From contig NC_014537.1 of assembly GCF_000148385.1 (NCBI RefSeq), positions 690,001-722,000 on the forward strand: 32,000 nucleotides of DNA. Direction: 5' to 3'. Under the pieces are notes generated by a model. That model was not told the DNA's origin. It worked only from the letters and a program-made list of their open reading frames with translations, and did no database searches. The position numbers were made by a program, and so were the translations under genes. Source of the stretch: Vulcanisaeta distributa DSM 14429. GTDB taxonomy: Archaea; Thermoproteota; Thermoprotei; Thermoproteales; Thermocladiaceae. Positions 7,929 to 16,191 of this stretch are shown here, in pieces. The number at the start of each line of letters is the position of its first letter. Position 1 is the first letter of the stretch.

Positions 7929-10900
7929 TTACCTATTCTCCTTCATGGCTTCCACGTATATGGCAGGTCTCCCAGGCAGTGAATTCCTAGCCCTATTACC
8001 GGGATCATAGGTTGGGTTAGTTGCATCCTGGATAATAACTTCAGCGCCTATTCTTGACTTAATGTAACTGCTCAATTCCCTGAATACCCTTAGTTCCATT
8101 TCCCTACTAACTATTTTCCTCGGTATCGTACCATCAACAACCTTAGATACCAGGTTAGCCACCCTATCAGCCATACGCCTATACTCCGGCTTACCCACTA
8201 TCGCCCTTATCGCCTCACCCATCGTCTTACCCTCATTGATAAGCCTAATGGCCTCGTTAACTATTTGATAATACTCACTTGGTGGACCCACGTATAGGTA
8301 CACAGACTTAGGCGTTATCTTCGTAACCCTGAGTATCTCCTGCACATCCTCCACAGCCCTCTCAATGAGGTCTAGGGCAATGTCCAACTCATCATTTATT
8401 AACTCCTCACTGTACTCAGGCCAGGGTTCTAGGGATACGAACGTGCCATTACCCATCCTATGCCAAAGCTCCTCAGCAATATGAGGCATGACTGGTTGCA
8501 ACAGCTTAACCCAACGCTCAAGGACGTACCACAAAGCCCACCTAACCTCATCCCTACTTACATTAATTATGCCCGCAATCTCCAGGTACTTCTCAACCGA
8601 CGAGAGCAGGTCAAAGAACGCCTTAAGCGTGTAACCCCTTATGTTCTCATTATCCATGTCAATTGTTGAATCACGTATTGCCCTATTCACCTTAGAGATT
8701 AGCCACTGCGTGATCAACGATGCATTCCTAACATCAACACTAACCGACGGTCTCCCCTCCTTAATAATCTCATTAGCTAGACTCCAGAACCTAACAAGCC
8801 TACTCGCAACACTGGCTACGTCATCCTCCCTCCAATCAAGCGTTGAGTCCAGGTCCGTAGCCGAAGCTAAATAAAGCCTTGCCAGGTCCGTGCTGTACTT
8901 CCTCGGTATGTAAGGAAGCGGAAGCACATTCCCCAACGACCTACTCATCTTCATGCCCTCCCTAATCACGTACTCATTAAAGGTTATGGCCCTTGGCCAA
9001 TACTTCTCGGGGAATATGGCGACGTGATGAAACACGAAGAAGCTTAAGTGACTACTTATTAAGTCGGGGCCGCTATGCCTCTCGTCCACAGGGTACCAAT
9101 AGTCAAACTCCCTCCTCATGTCCTCGATCAATTCCTTATCAACGCCGAACACCTCAGCCACACGCCCTGGATCACCCTCGCCCAGGAACACGTAGTTGAA
9201 GAATGCTATTATTGCATCTAGGGCCTCCTTATCATTCCCCTTACTACCTATGACCCTCTTGGCATAATCACCCAACTTTTTATCAAGGCCACTCGACCTT
9301 ATCTTATGGGCTATTGTGTAGTACGCCATGTAAATCGTTGAGTCACTTAAGGACTCAATTATCCAATCAGGGTCCCAGGGCAGTCTCGTGCCTAATCCCC
9401 TCTTTCTTGCGCAGGGTCTCATTGACAACCAATTGAACACATCCTCGAAGTTCTTCCTGTACTTCTCAGGTATTATCCTCATGGAGTTGAGACACCTGAA
9501 GGCCTTCGCCTTCCACTCAGGGTTCCCATAATTTAGGAACCACTGGTCCTTAATCACAGCTGCAATGACTGGGTTACCACTCCTCGTAAACACATTCCTA
9601 GGCTCCAACTCGTACATCCTACCCCACGCCCCCTGCTCATTCAATGCCTTTATCGTCCTCTCCCTAGCCTCATTAACGTTTAATCCAGGGAATAACGTAT
9701 TCTCCTTCATAACGCCATTGTAGAACTCCTCCCTATACACAATCCTCGTAGCCTCGTCAAGCTTCTCCTTATCGCCCTGGTCCTTAACACCGAGCTTCTC
9801 AACTACGTCCTTAGCCGGGTACTTCCCGTAATTAGGTAGTTTAATGATGCTTATGGGCTCTATTGACTCAACAACCTCCTTAATCCCATACTTACTCAGC
9901 GTCTTCTCATCCTTCTTAAGGTCCATTAAGGCCACGTAATCGTAAGGCGCATGGGCAGGCACACTATAGACGACGCCGGTACCTGTATTCTCATCCACGA
10001 AGTTAGCAGGCAGTATGGGAACCTTCCTATTAATGAGTGGTGTAATTACGTATTTACCTATCAACTCCCCACCACGTATTGAACCAATAACCTTAACATC
10101 ATAGCCCTGATAACTTAACTTCCAGGCCGCTGGCTTCGAGATTATCCACCTCTCACCATTAACCTCCGCAATCACGTACTCAACACCTGGGTGGATCCAC
10201 ACGTTCGTGATCCCGTATATAGTCTCAGGCCTTAGCGTGGCGGCAACAAGGTATTCACTGGAGTTCTCAAGCTTAAACTTCACCAAGTTGAACTCGAGTA
10301 TGTCTATGGTTATTTCATCCCCACCCTTAATGTCATGCTCACCCACTGCCTGATTCTCATCCGGTGAGTAAAGGACCACGTGACTGCCCTGCGTTATATA
10401 ACCGGCGTCCCTCAACCTGTAGTACTGCCAAATAATGAATGCATTATAATCCGGATCACCCGTCGTGAACTGTCTCCTGAAGTCCATTGAGTAACCCATG
10501 GACATGAAGTCCCTGATGTAGACCGAGGCGAAGAACTGGGCTATGTTCCAGGGATTCGTGAATGTACTCAATATTTCCTTAACCTTATTTGGGTCGTCTA
10601 CGTATAGGCTCACGTACCAGGAATATAACTTTATGTCGTCTGGGTCGCCCTTCATTATCCTATCAGCCACGGACTGTATCGGCGTTCCGGTTATGTGCCA
10701 TGCAATGGGGAATAAGACGTTGAATCCCCTGGCCCTCTTATACCTGGCTATTATGTCGCCTATCGTGAATGTCCTGCCATGCCCTATATGCGGTGAGCCT
10801 GAGACGTATGGGTAGGGTACGGTTATGAAGTACTTAGGCTTACCCGGCTTTGGGTCTGCATTGAATATGCCCTTCTCATACCATTCCCTCTGCCATTTTC

Positions 10901-10970
10901 GCTCAATCTCCCTAATCTCCCTCAAAAAATCGCCATATAACTCTTCAACCCTTGATTTAAACGATTCCAT
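7929..10970 (-). CDS. leuS: Leucyl-tRNA synthetase (archaeal type)
   Basis: 1013 aa. Class I HIGH motif (SPHIGHGRT), KMSKS variant (MKMSRSLGN), a large CP1 editing insertion, and a WHITGTPI block typical of archaeal LeuRS. Confidence 0.95.
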   Translation of the reverse strand: MESFKSRVEELYGDFLREIREIERKWQREWYEKGIFNADPKPGKPKYFITVPYPYVSGSPHIGHGRTFTIGDIIARYKRARGFNVLFPIAWHITGTPIQSVADRIMKGDPDDIKLYSWYVSLYVDDPNKVKEILSTFTNPWNIAQFFASVYIRDFMSMGYSMDFRRQFTTGDPDYNAFIIWQYYRLRDAGYITQGSHVVLYSPDENQAVGEHDIKGGDEITIDILEFNLVKFKLENSSEYLVAATLRPETIYGITNVWIHPGVEYVIAEVNGERWIISKPAAWKLSYQGYDVKVIGSIRGGELIGKYVITPLINRKVPILPANFVDENTGTGVVYSVPAHAPYDYVALMDLKKDEKTLSKYGIKEVVESIEPISIIKLPNYGKYPAKDVVEKLGVKDQGDKEKLDEATRIVYREEFYNGVMKENTLFPGLNVNEARERTIKALNEQGAWGRMYELEPRNVFTRSGNPVIAAVIKDQWFLNYGNPEWKAKAFRCLNSMRIIPEKYRKNFEDVFNWLSMRPCARKRGLGTRLPWDPDWIIESLSDSTIYMAYYTIAHKIRSSGLDKKLGDYAKRVIGSKGNDKEALDAIIAFFNYVFLGEGDPGRVAEVFGVDKELIEDMRREFDYWYPVDERHSGPDLISSHLSFFVFHHVAIFPEKYWPRAITFNEYVIREGMKMSRSLGNVLPLPYIPRKYSTDLARLYLASATDLDSTLDWREDDVASVASRLVRFWSLANEIIKEGRPSVSVDVRNASLITQWLISKVNRAIRDSTIDMDNENIRGYTLKAFFDLLSSVEKYLEIAGIINVSRDEVRWALWYVLERWVKLLQPVMPHIAEELWHRMGNGTFVSLEPWPEYSEELINDELDIALDLIERAVEDVQEILRVTKITPKSVYLYVGPPSEYYQIVNEAIRLINEGKTMGEAIRAIVGKPEYRRMADRVANLVSKVVDGTIPRKIVSREMELRVFRELSSYIKSRIGAEVIIQDATNPTYDPGNRARNSLPGRPAIYVEAMKENR

Positions 10971-11025
10971 TTCACTTCCTGAGAAAACTCATCGTTTTTA
11001 ATAATTACTGCCCGTATTTAAGTTT

Positions 11026-11481
11026 TTAATCAGCACCGACTGCCTCGGCCTCGGATGGCTTAGCCTCCGCAAGCTCAGCCAGTCTCGAGACAACCCTCTC
11101 CTCACTGATTATGTCCCTAATTGAGATCACACCGCGTAATTTATCGTTATCCATAACCACTAGGTGCCTTATCTTATGATCATTCATTAACAGGGCAGCC
11201 TTATAGATACTATCCCTGGGGCTTATCGTTACTAATTTACCGACCGTGCCAACCTCGGTTACCTTAGCGTTTAAATCCTTACCGCGTGCTAACGCCCTAA
11301 TTATGTCCCTCTCTGATATAACGCCTATTGGCTTACCGGCATTATTAACTATCACCAGTAGACCTACGTTCTCCCTACTCATTATATTAATCGCCTCCTT
11401 AATGGTGGCGTTCTCATTTATTACGAGAGGTTCCCTCTTTATTACTTTGTCAACAGTAATACTCATCGGCAACTGTCGCAT
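11026..11481 (-). CDS. CBS-domain pair protein
   Basis: 151 aa with two tandem CBS repeats (VGLLVIVNNAGKPIGVISERDIIRAL and IRHLVVMDNDKLRGVISIRDIISE). Confidence 0.85.
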   Translation of the reverse strand: MRQLPMSITVDKVIKREPLVINENATIKEAINIMSRENVGLLVIVNNAGKPIGVISERDIIRALARGKDLNAKVTEVGTVGKLVTISPRDSIYKAALLMNDHKIRHLVVMDNDKLRGVISIRDIISEERVVSRLAELAEAKPSEAEAVGAD

Positions 11482-11591
11482 ATGATAATTTATAAACTTT
11501 ATGCGTTATTTATAATGATAAAAGATTATGAATAAAGCTGAAGGTAGGATGATAAAATAATTTAAAAAGAGAATGCGATCCTTATTAAGTA

Positions 11592-12482
11592 ATGGCATAT
11601 TTAATAAATCAGTTCATAATTGGAATCGTAATCTTCGTAACCCTAATTGTAACATCAGTAATTGGGTGGAGGAGTAAGACCGTGATTATTCGTGAACTGA
11701 CGAGACATTCACGTACGGGGGATTCCTGCCCATTGTCTATGGATTTAATTGTGATGAACGCCTTAAGGCGTACATCAGTGTTGTTAAGGGGTTTTTATGC
11801 ATATATGACCATGTACTTTGTTAGGGATGATGGTTCCGTAATACAATTCTTTAGGGGTTACGTACCTTCATTGAGCAATACTTGGAGAATAATGGATTTT
11901 TCACCAAGCATTAGATTGTTTAACTTAACCGTGAGCACAGATGGCATAGGGGTCACGGATATACTCGTGCCTTACCCATCATCCCTCGAATTACCCGGTG
12001 GCTTAATAACGCCCTTTGATGTAAGGACTGGTGAACCCACGGGTGTGGTTAATTTCCTAAGCATTAGGAGGGCCCTGGCCTCGGAACTTGGTGAGAGGCT
12101 CGTTCAATCAATGAACCTTGCTGAGATTGTTAGGAGAATCAGGGTGAATATATCGTTTCATGATGGCGTTGGTTTCACGAAATATTCCACGTCATTATTA
12201 AAGTTACTTGCCCACGCAGGTGTTCAGGTTAATGGTGAGGTTAGGGTTGTCGAGGGTTCTGTGGATACGAATTTAAGAAAGGTAGTTAATTGTCAATTCC
12301 TCTTTGGACGTGCTGCATGCCTAGGTAAGGCGTTTAGGACCACGTGGGCTTGGTTGACAATGATTGAGGCAATCCTCGGCCTTATCTACGCATTTATACC
12401 TTCCCTGCTCGTATTGTTGATAGTTGCACCAATAATGTACGTGTTGGTTATATTGTTATTATCATTACCGAGGATCACCTAA
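11592..12482 (+). CDS. Hypothetical bitopic/polytopic membrane protein (N-terminal TM, about 230-aa non-membrane domain, C-terminal hydrophobic anchor)
   Basis: 296 aa. N-terminal hydrophobic helix INQFIIGIVIFVTLIVTSVIG and a C-terminal hydrophobic stretch of about 40 aa. I recognise no motif. Codon usage looks native to the window. Confidence 0.5.
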   Translation: MAYLINQFIIGIVIFVTLIVTSVIGWRSKTVIIRELTRHSRTGDSCPLSMDLIVMNALRRTSVLLRGFYAYMTMYFVRDDGSVIQFFRGYVPSLSNTWRIMDFSPSIRLFNLTVSTDGIGVTDILVPYPSSLELPGGLITPFDVRTGEPTGVVNFLSIRRALASELGERLVQSMNLAEIVRRIRVNISFHDGVGFTKYSTSLLKLLAHAGVQVNGEVRVVEGSVDTNLRKVVNCQFLFGRAACLGKAFRTTWAWLTMIEAILGLIYAFIPSLLVLLIVAPIMYVLVILLLSLPRIT

Positions 12483-13347
12483 CAACACTATATGGGCAAT
12501 ACCTCCTGTGCTCACAGTTTGAACATAACCCCTTACTTGGTGATGGTCTTGGATTTCTAAGTCCAAGCCAGTAGTCAAGGGAGTAATCCACATCCTTGAG
12601 GAAGTCATTGAATCCCCTAACATTTATCTTATGAATAACGGCATGCCTTGCAAGCCTTACGAAATCCTCACCACCCTCCAGATACTTAATTATTACATCT
12701 ATATTATCAATCACCCTAAATTCAGAGCCTCTAACGACCTTTATAACCGCAACACCGCGTGGATTAAGCCCTAGGTAGCTCATCATGTGGAAATACGACT
12801 CGGCCTGCAAAGCCTCCCTACCCCTCACAACCTTCAGGTTCGCTGGGTTGTTCGTGGTCTTTAACTCCACTATATACATGGGCTTATTATTCAGGTTTAT
12901 TACTAGGTCTGGCAGGCCAAGTATTGGTACATCCCTCCTAACCATGACTAGAGATACCTCCTGAATGAATCGCCTACTAAAGTCTGCATAACCTATCCAG
13001 TTCCTCATTTTGGAATTGAAGAAGTAAACTCCTTCATCACCACGGTTAACTATTACCGGGTTCCAACCAAGTTCAAGGCCAAGGCCATCCTCATCAACGC
13101 CAAGTTGCTTTGCGTGTTCCTGAAGACCACCAATAACGCCCTCATTAACAATCCTACCTCTTAGGTAATCTAGGTGTATTTTATACTCGCAGCCATTAAT
13201 TTGAGAACCAATATAACCACTCATTAGGAAGAGTACCCCATGCTTGAGCTTAGGAATTGCTATCCTTTCATCACCCCAATACAGTACGGCAGATTCACCA
13301 AGCAACTCCATATGTGGTGCTACGTCAAGCCTAGGCAAGTAAATCAC
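12475..13347 (-). CDS. Cas4-like / RecB-family PD-(D/E)xK nuclease with a predicted 4Fe-4S cluster, stand-alone
   Basis: 290 aa. Ordered motifs: E130 (FIQE), D147 (GLPDL), E161-x-K163 (IVELK), Q181-x3-Y185 (QAESY). Cys tetrad C53 plus C275-x2-C278-x5-C284 (12496-12525), the spacing seen in the Cas4/AddB/Dna2 Fe-S nuclease domain. Confidence 0.7.
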   Translation of the reverse strand: MIYLPRLDVAPHMELLGESAVLYWGDERIAIPKLKHGVLFLMSGYIGSQINGCEYKIHLDYLRGRIVNEGVIGGLQEHAKQLGVDEDGLGLELGWNPVIVNRGDEGVYFFNSKMRNWIGYADFSRRFIQEVSLVMVRRDVPILGLPDLVINLNNKPMYIVELKTTNNPANLKVVRGREALQAESYFHMMSYLGLNPRGVAVIKVVRGSEFRVIDNIDVIIKYLEGGEDFVRLARHAVIHKINVRGFNDFLKDVDYSLDYWLGLRNPRPSPSKGLCSNCEHRRYCPYSVVR

Positions 13348-13473
13348 CTAAGGCAATACAATTATTGGGTCCGCGGGTGTCTATAAGTATTATGGATTAA
13401 TCATTATAACTAGTAAACCCAGTAATCCCCGTATTCACCTAAGATTTAATAATCTTAGTGGTGAGGCAATGCT

Positions 13474-14835
13474 GTGGGTAAGGTAAAAATAATTGCGACA
13501 ATAGGCCCATCATCGGAGAAACCTGAGGTATTAAAGGAATTAATTAAGTACGTTGATGGGATTAGGATAAACTTCTCCCACGGAAGTGCTGAGGAGTGGA
13601 GGTCAAGGATAATGAACGCCAGGAGCCTTAGGAGTGACATAGCGGTACTGGGTGATTTGAGGGGCCCTGGCGTCAGGACGGGGAGTATGAAGCCCATAAC
13701 ACTCGGTGTTGGTGATTCCGTGGAGTTCAGGTTTGCCGATAAGTCGGATGGAGGGTTTGTGCCGATACCAAGTCCATCATTCTTTAGGGTGATAACCGTG
13801 GATGACATAATCGTGATGAATGACGGTAGATTAAGACTACGCGTTGACAAGGTCTCGGCAAGTAATGCCGTGTTAACGGCGTTAACCGCAGGTACTATTT
13901 CGCAGGAAAAGGCTGTGGTTATTAAGGGCAAGGATTACCCATTACCAATACTTGATGACTATGATAGGGAGGCCCTCAAGTTCGCGGTTGAGGTTGGGAT
14001 GGACTACGTTGGGATAAGCCATGTAAGGAGCTCCGACGATATTGAGGAGGTTAGGACAGAGCTAAGGAGACTTGGCGGTGATTGGATTAAGCTAATGGCT
14101 AAGATTGAGGGGCCTGATGCCGTTAGGAACATGAAGGATGTGATTTGCGCCAGTGATTATGTGATGGTCGCAAGGGGCGACCTCGGCATGCACTTCGACC
14201 TTGAGGAGATACCCAGGATACAAAGCTCGATAATAAGGGAGGCGCAGAAATGCGGTGTGCCTACCATGGTGGCCACCCAATTGCTTGAGTCAATGATAGA
14301 ACAGCCTGTACCAACAAGGGCTGAGGTTGTGGACATAACGAATGCGGTCATGGAGGGTGTAGACTCATTATTATTAACGGGGGAGACCGCGGTTGGTAAG
14401 TATCCTGTAGAAGCCGTACAGTGGTTGAGGAGAGTCGCCACGGAGTATGAGGATGAGGTACATGTTGATAGGGGTGTTATGGCTAATTTAACCGATAGGC
14501 TTGCCCTGGGCATCGTCCAGCTTGCCGAGGATATTGGTGCAAAGATAGTAATTTACTCGAGAGGTGGTAGGTTTGTTGAGGCTATTTCTAGGTATAGGCC
14601 TAGGGTGCCCACGTACGTGGGCGTCAGTGATGAGAAGGTGCTTAGAAGGCTGAGGCTTTATTGGGGTGTTGAGCCGATACTTATTGATAATGTTAGGGAT
14701 TATGATGAGGGTGAGAGGGAGACGTTAAATCAATTAATAAGGAGCGGCTTGGTGGTTAAGGGTGACCTAGTCCTGCTGACCCACGGTGTTATAGATACAT
14801 ACAATGATTATAGCATTAGGATACTCAAGGTTTAA
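13474..14835 (+). CDS. pyk: Pyruvate kinase
   Basis: 453 aa. KIIATIGPSS, INFSHG, LGDLRGPGVRTG, MVARGDLG and ATQLLESM blocks. GTG start preceded by the SD-like GGTGAGG (13459-13466). Confidence 0.9.
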   Translation: MGKVKIIATIGPSSEKPEVLKELIKYVDGIRINFSHGSAEEWRSRIMNARSLRSDIAVLGDLRGPGVRTGSMKPITLGVGDSVEFRFADKSDGGFVPIPSPSFFRVITVDDIIVMNDGRLRLRVDKVSASNAVLTALTAGTISQEKAVVIKGKDYPLPILDDYDREALKFAVEVGMDYVGISHVRSSDDIEEVRTELRRLGGDWIKLMAKIEGPDAVRNMKDVICASDYVMVARGDLGMHFDLEEIPRIQSSIIREAQKCGVPTMVATQLLESMIEQPVPTRAEVVDITNAVMEGVDSLLLTGETAVGKYPVEAVQWLRRVATEYEDEVHVDRGVMANLTDRLALGIVQLAEDIGAKIVIYSRGGRFVEAISRYRPRVPTYVGVSDEKVLRRLRLYWGVEPILIDNVRDYDEGERETLNQLIRSGLVVKGDLVLLTHGVIDTYNDYSIRILKV

Positions 14836-15226
14836 TTAAACGGCAATTCCTCCTTCGAATAATTAAGATGGAAATGTAGGTAAGCCCCAATGTGATAATT
14901 AGGAAGAATATACCAACCGCAGCGTAACCCATCACGAATGACCTTATTGATAGATACAGGAATAATGACGGTATTAGCAACGCCAATGCTAAGCATAAGT
15001 AATTCATGTAATTAAGACTAACGTAAAAACCGCCTGTTGAGCCAATAATTTTCAAGGCATCACCAAGTCTCCTACTATTTGGTTCCACATAGAGCCTGAC
15101 ATAACCAAGCCTCACCAACTCATCAATTACCTTCCTTTCATCCTCACTCAATGAGTCATAGGCAATCCTACCCCTACTCAAGATCTTCCTAAGCAATTCC
15201 CTACCCCTCTCACTCAACTCATCCAT
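14825..15226 (-). CDS. Hypothetical protein: N-terminal wHTH-like soluble domain plus two C-terminal TM helices
   Basis: 133 aa. The helical N-terminus ELLRKILSRGRIAYDSLSEDERKVIDELVRLGYV resembles a winged-helix fold, followed by two hydrophobic helices. The start overlaps the upstream ORF by 13 nt. Confidence 0.45.
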   Translation of the reverse strand: MDELSERGRELLRKILSRGRIAYDSLSEDERKVIDELVRLGYVRLYVEPNSRRLGDALKIIGSTGGFYVSLNYMNYLCLALALLIPSLFLYLSIRSFVMGYAAVGIFFLIITLGLTYISILIIRRRNCRLIKP

Positions 15227-15744
15227 CTTAACACCACCTCACTAATTAATTCAGAGGATGATAACTGCCTGAACAGCACATTACGAGACCTGAGCAACTC
15301 AACAGCCGTGTTAAGCCTGATGGAGACTTCGTCGGGGTTCTCACCATAAATAACTAGGTAATTATTACCGTTATCACTGATGAGGGCTCCAAGATTAATC
15401 GCATCACGAAGTAGCGAGAGGTCTAGGGCGTTGATTCGTAATGCCGAAATCCACCTATCACCAACACGTATAATGCCATCACCAACACCAATACTGAGAC
15501 AAACCTTACTCATCCTTAAATCATTAATACCCTGAGATGACACACTCCTTAGTAGCTTAACCCTGGTCACCGTCGATTCCCCTACGCCTCCTTCACTCTT
15601 CCTGCGCCTTATGAAAATAAAGTAAATAATTAGTATTATGATCAATACTATGGTGAATAATATAGGGCTTATTATGAAAAGCAGGAAAGATGCTAAAATA
15701 CCTAAAACCCAATACCAATTTTTCCTTAAAAAATCACTAATCAT
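15214..15744 (-). CDS. Hypothetical membrane-anchored protein (N-terminal TM hairpin, about 110-aa cytoplasmic domain)
   Basis: 176 aa. WYWVLGILASFLLFIISPILFTIVLIIILIIYFIFIRRRK, then a soluble domain with no motif I recognise. First gene of an overlapping pair. Confidence 0.45.
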   Translation of the reverse strand: MISDFLRKNWYWVLGILASFLLFIISPILFTIVLIIILIIYFIFIRRRKSEGGVGESTVTRVKLLRSVSSQGINDLRMSKVCLSIGVGDGIIRVGDRWISALRINALDLSLLRDAINLGALISDNGNNYLVIYGENPDEVSIRLNTAVELLRSRNVLFRQLSSSELISEVVLRWMS

Positions 15745-15978
15745 GATTGCCTTAAGGATTTAGTACTCGAAGAACCTAAATTAATTAATTGGATAAAAAG
15801 AGAGAGGTACATCGAAAGAGAAACGCCATTAATTGCGAATTAACGACTCTGAACTCATACAGATCTACGTAGGGTTTAACGAAATAAGTAAATAGTTGCT
15901 TTATTAAGCATGTGATGAACCGACATAACCAAACACTTTTTACAATTTAACTTTTACACTGTAAATTAAATTATAACC

Positions 15979-15985
15979 TTTATAA
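15979..15985 (+). promoter_or_regulatory. TATA-box candidate (TTTATAA) for the micro-ORF transcript
   Basis: Centred about 29 nt upstream of the ATG at 16011. This spacing fits a leaderless or near-leaderless archaeal transcript. Confidence 0.3.
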
Positions 15986-16010
15986 GGAACCGCAATATAA
16001 AAAGGACGGT

Positions 16011-16070
16011 ATGTCCAAGAAGGAGAAGAAGGAGGAGAAGAAGGAAGAAAAGAAGGAGAAAAAGAAGTAA
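16011..16070 (+). CDS. Candidate 19-aa Lys/Glu-only micro-protein MSKKEKKEEKKEEKKEKKK
   Basis: ATG...TAA, 20 codons, on a 51-nt pure purine tract (16017-16067). A TATA box lies upstream and multiple T-runs downstream (16110-16170). No conservation data are available. Confidence 0.25.
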   Translation: MSKKEKKEEKKEEKKEKKK

Positions 16071-16101
16071 GTTAATGAATTAATACGAGATTAACAACCT
16101 A

Positions 16102-16131
16102 CTTATTAAAATCTTTCTTATTAAAATCTTT
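16102..16131. repeat. Perfect tandem duplication, 2 x 15 bp (CTTATTAAAATCTTT)
   Basis: Read directly: 16102-16116 is identical to 16117-16131. It lies in the T-rich spacer between the micro-ORF and the 3' end of the RNase P RNA. Confidence 0.9.
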
Positions 16132-16191
16132 TTGATTTATACATTTTTCATTATTTCTTAATTTCTTTCTCACATAATAAAGCGGCGAATT

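Noticed and set aside
11515-11565. C/D-box-like words (ATGATAA … CTGA … ATGATAA) upstream of the 296-aa membrane protein gene
   Set aside because: The boxes are degenerate (G to A in the critical GA), the spacing is 16 nt rather than 12, and there is no terminal D box. The region is extremely AT-rich, so such words arise by chance.
12475-13347. Cas4-like gene as evidence of a CRISPR-Cas locus
   Set aside because: I saw no direct-repeat/spacer array anywhere in the 32 kb, and no cas1/cas2 or effector-like ORFs. It is treated as a stand-alone nuclease.
13455-13931. 158-aa minus-strand ORF antisense to pyk. Similar antisense ORFs occur at 663-950, 3289-3606, 4656-4949, 4995-5471, 14157-14513, 17014-17475, 22774-23043, 23693-24172 and 31060-31488.
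   Set aside because: All lie entirely within strongly supported genes on the opposite strand. They are Ser/Thr/Pro/Leu-rich, low-complexity shadow ORFs without motifs.
15912-15960. Perfect C box GTGATGA in the long intergenic region
   Set aside because: There is no CTGA at +12 and no C' or D box within 60 nt on the same strand.
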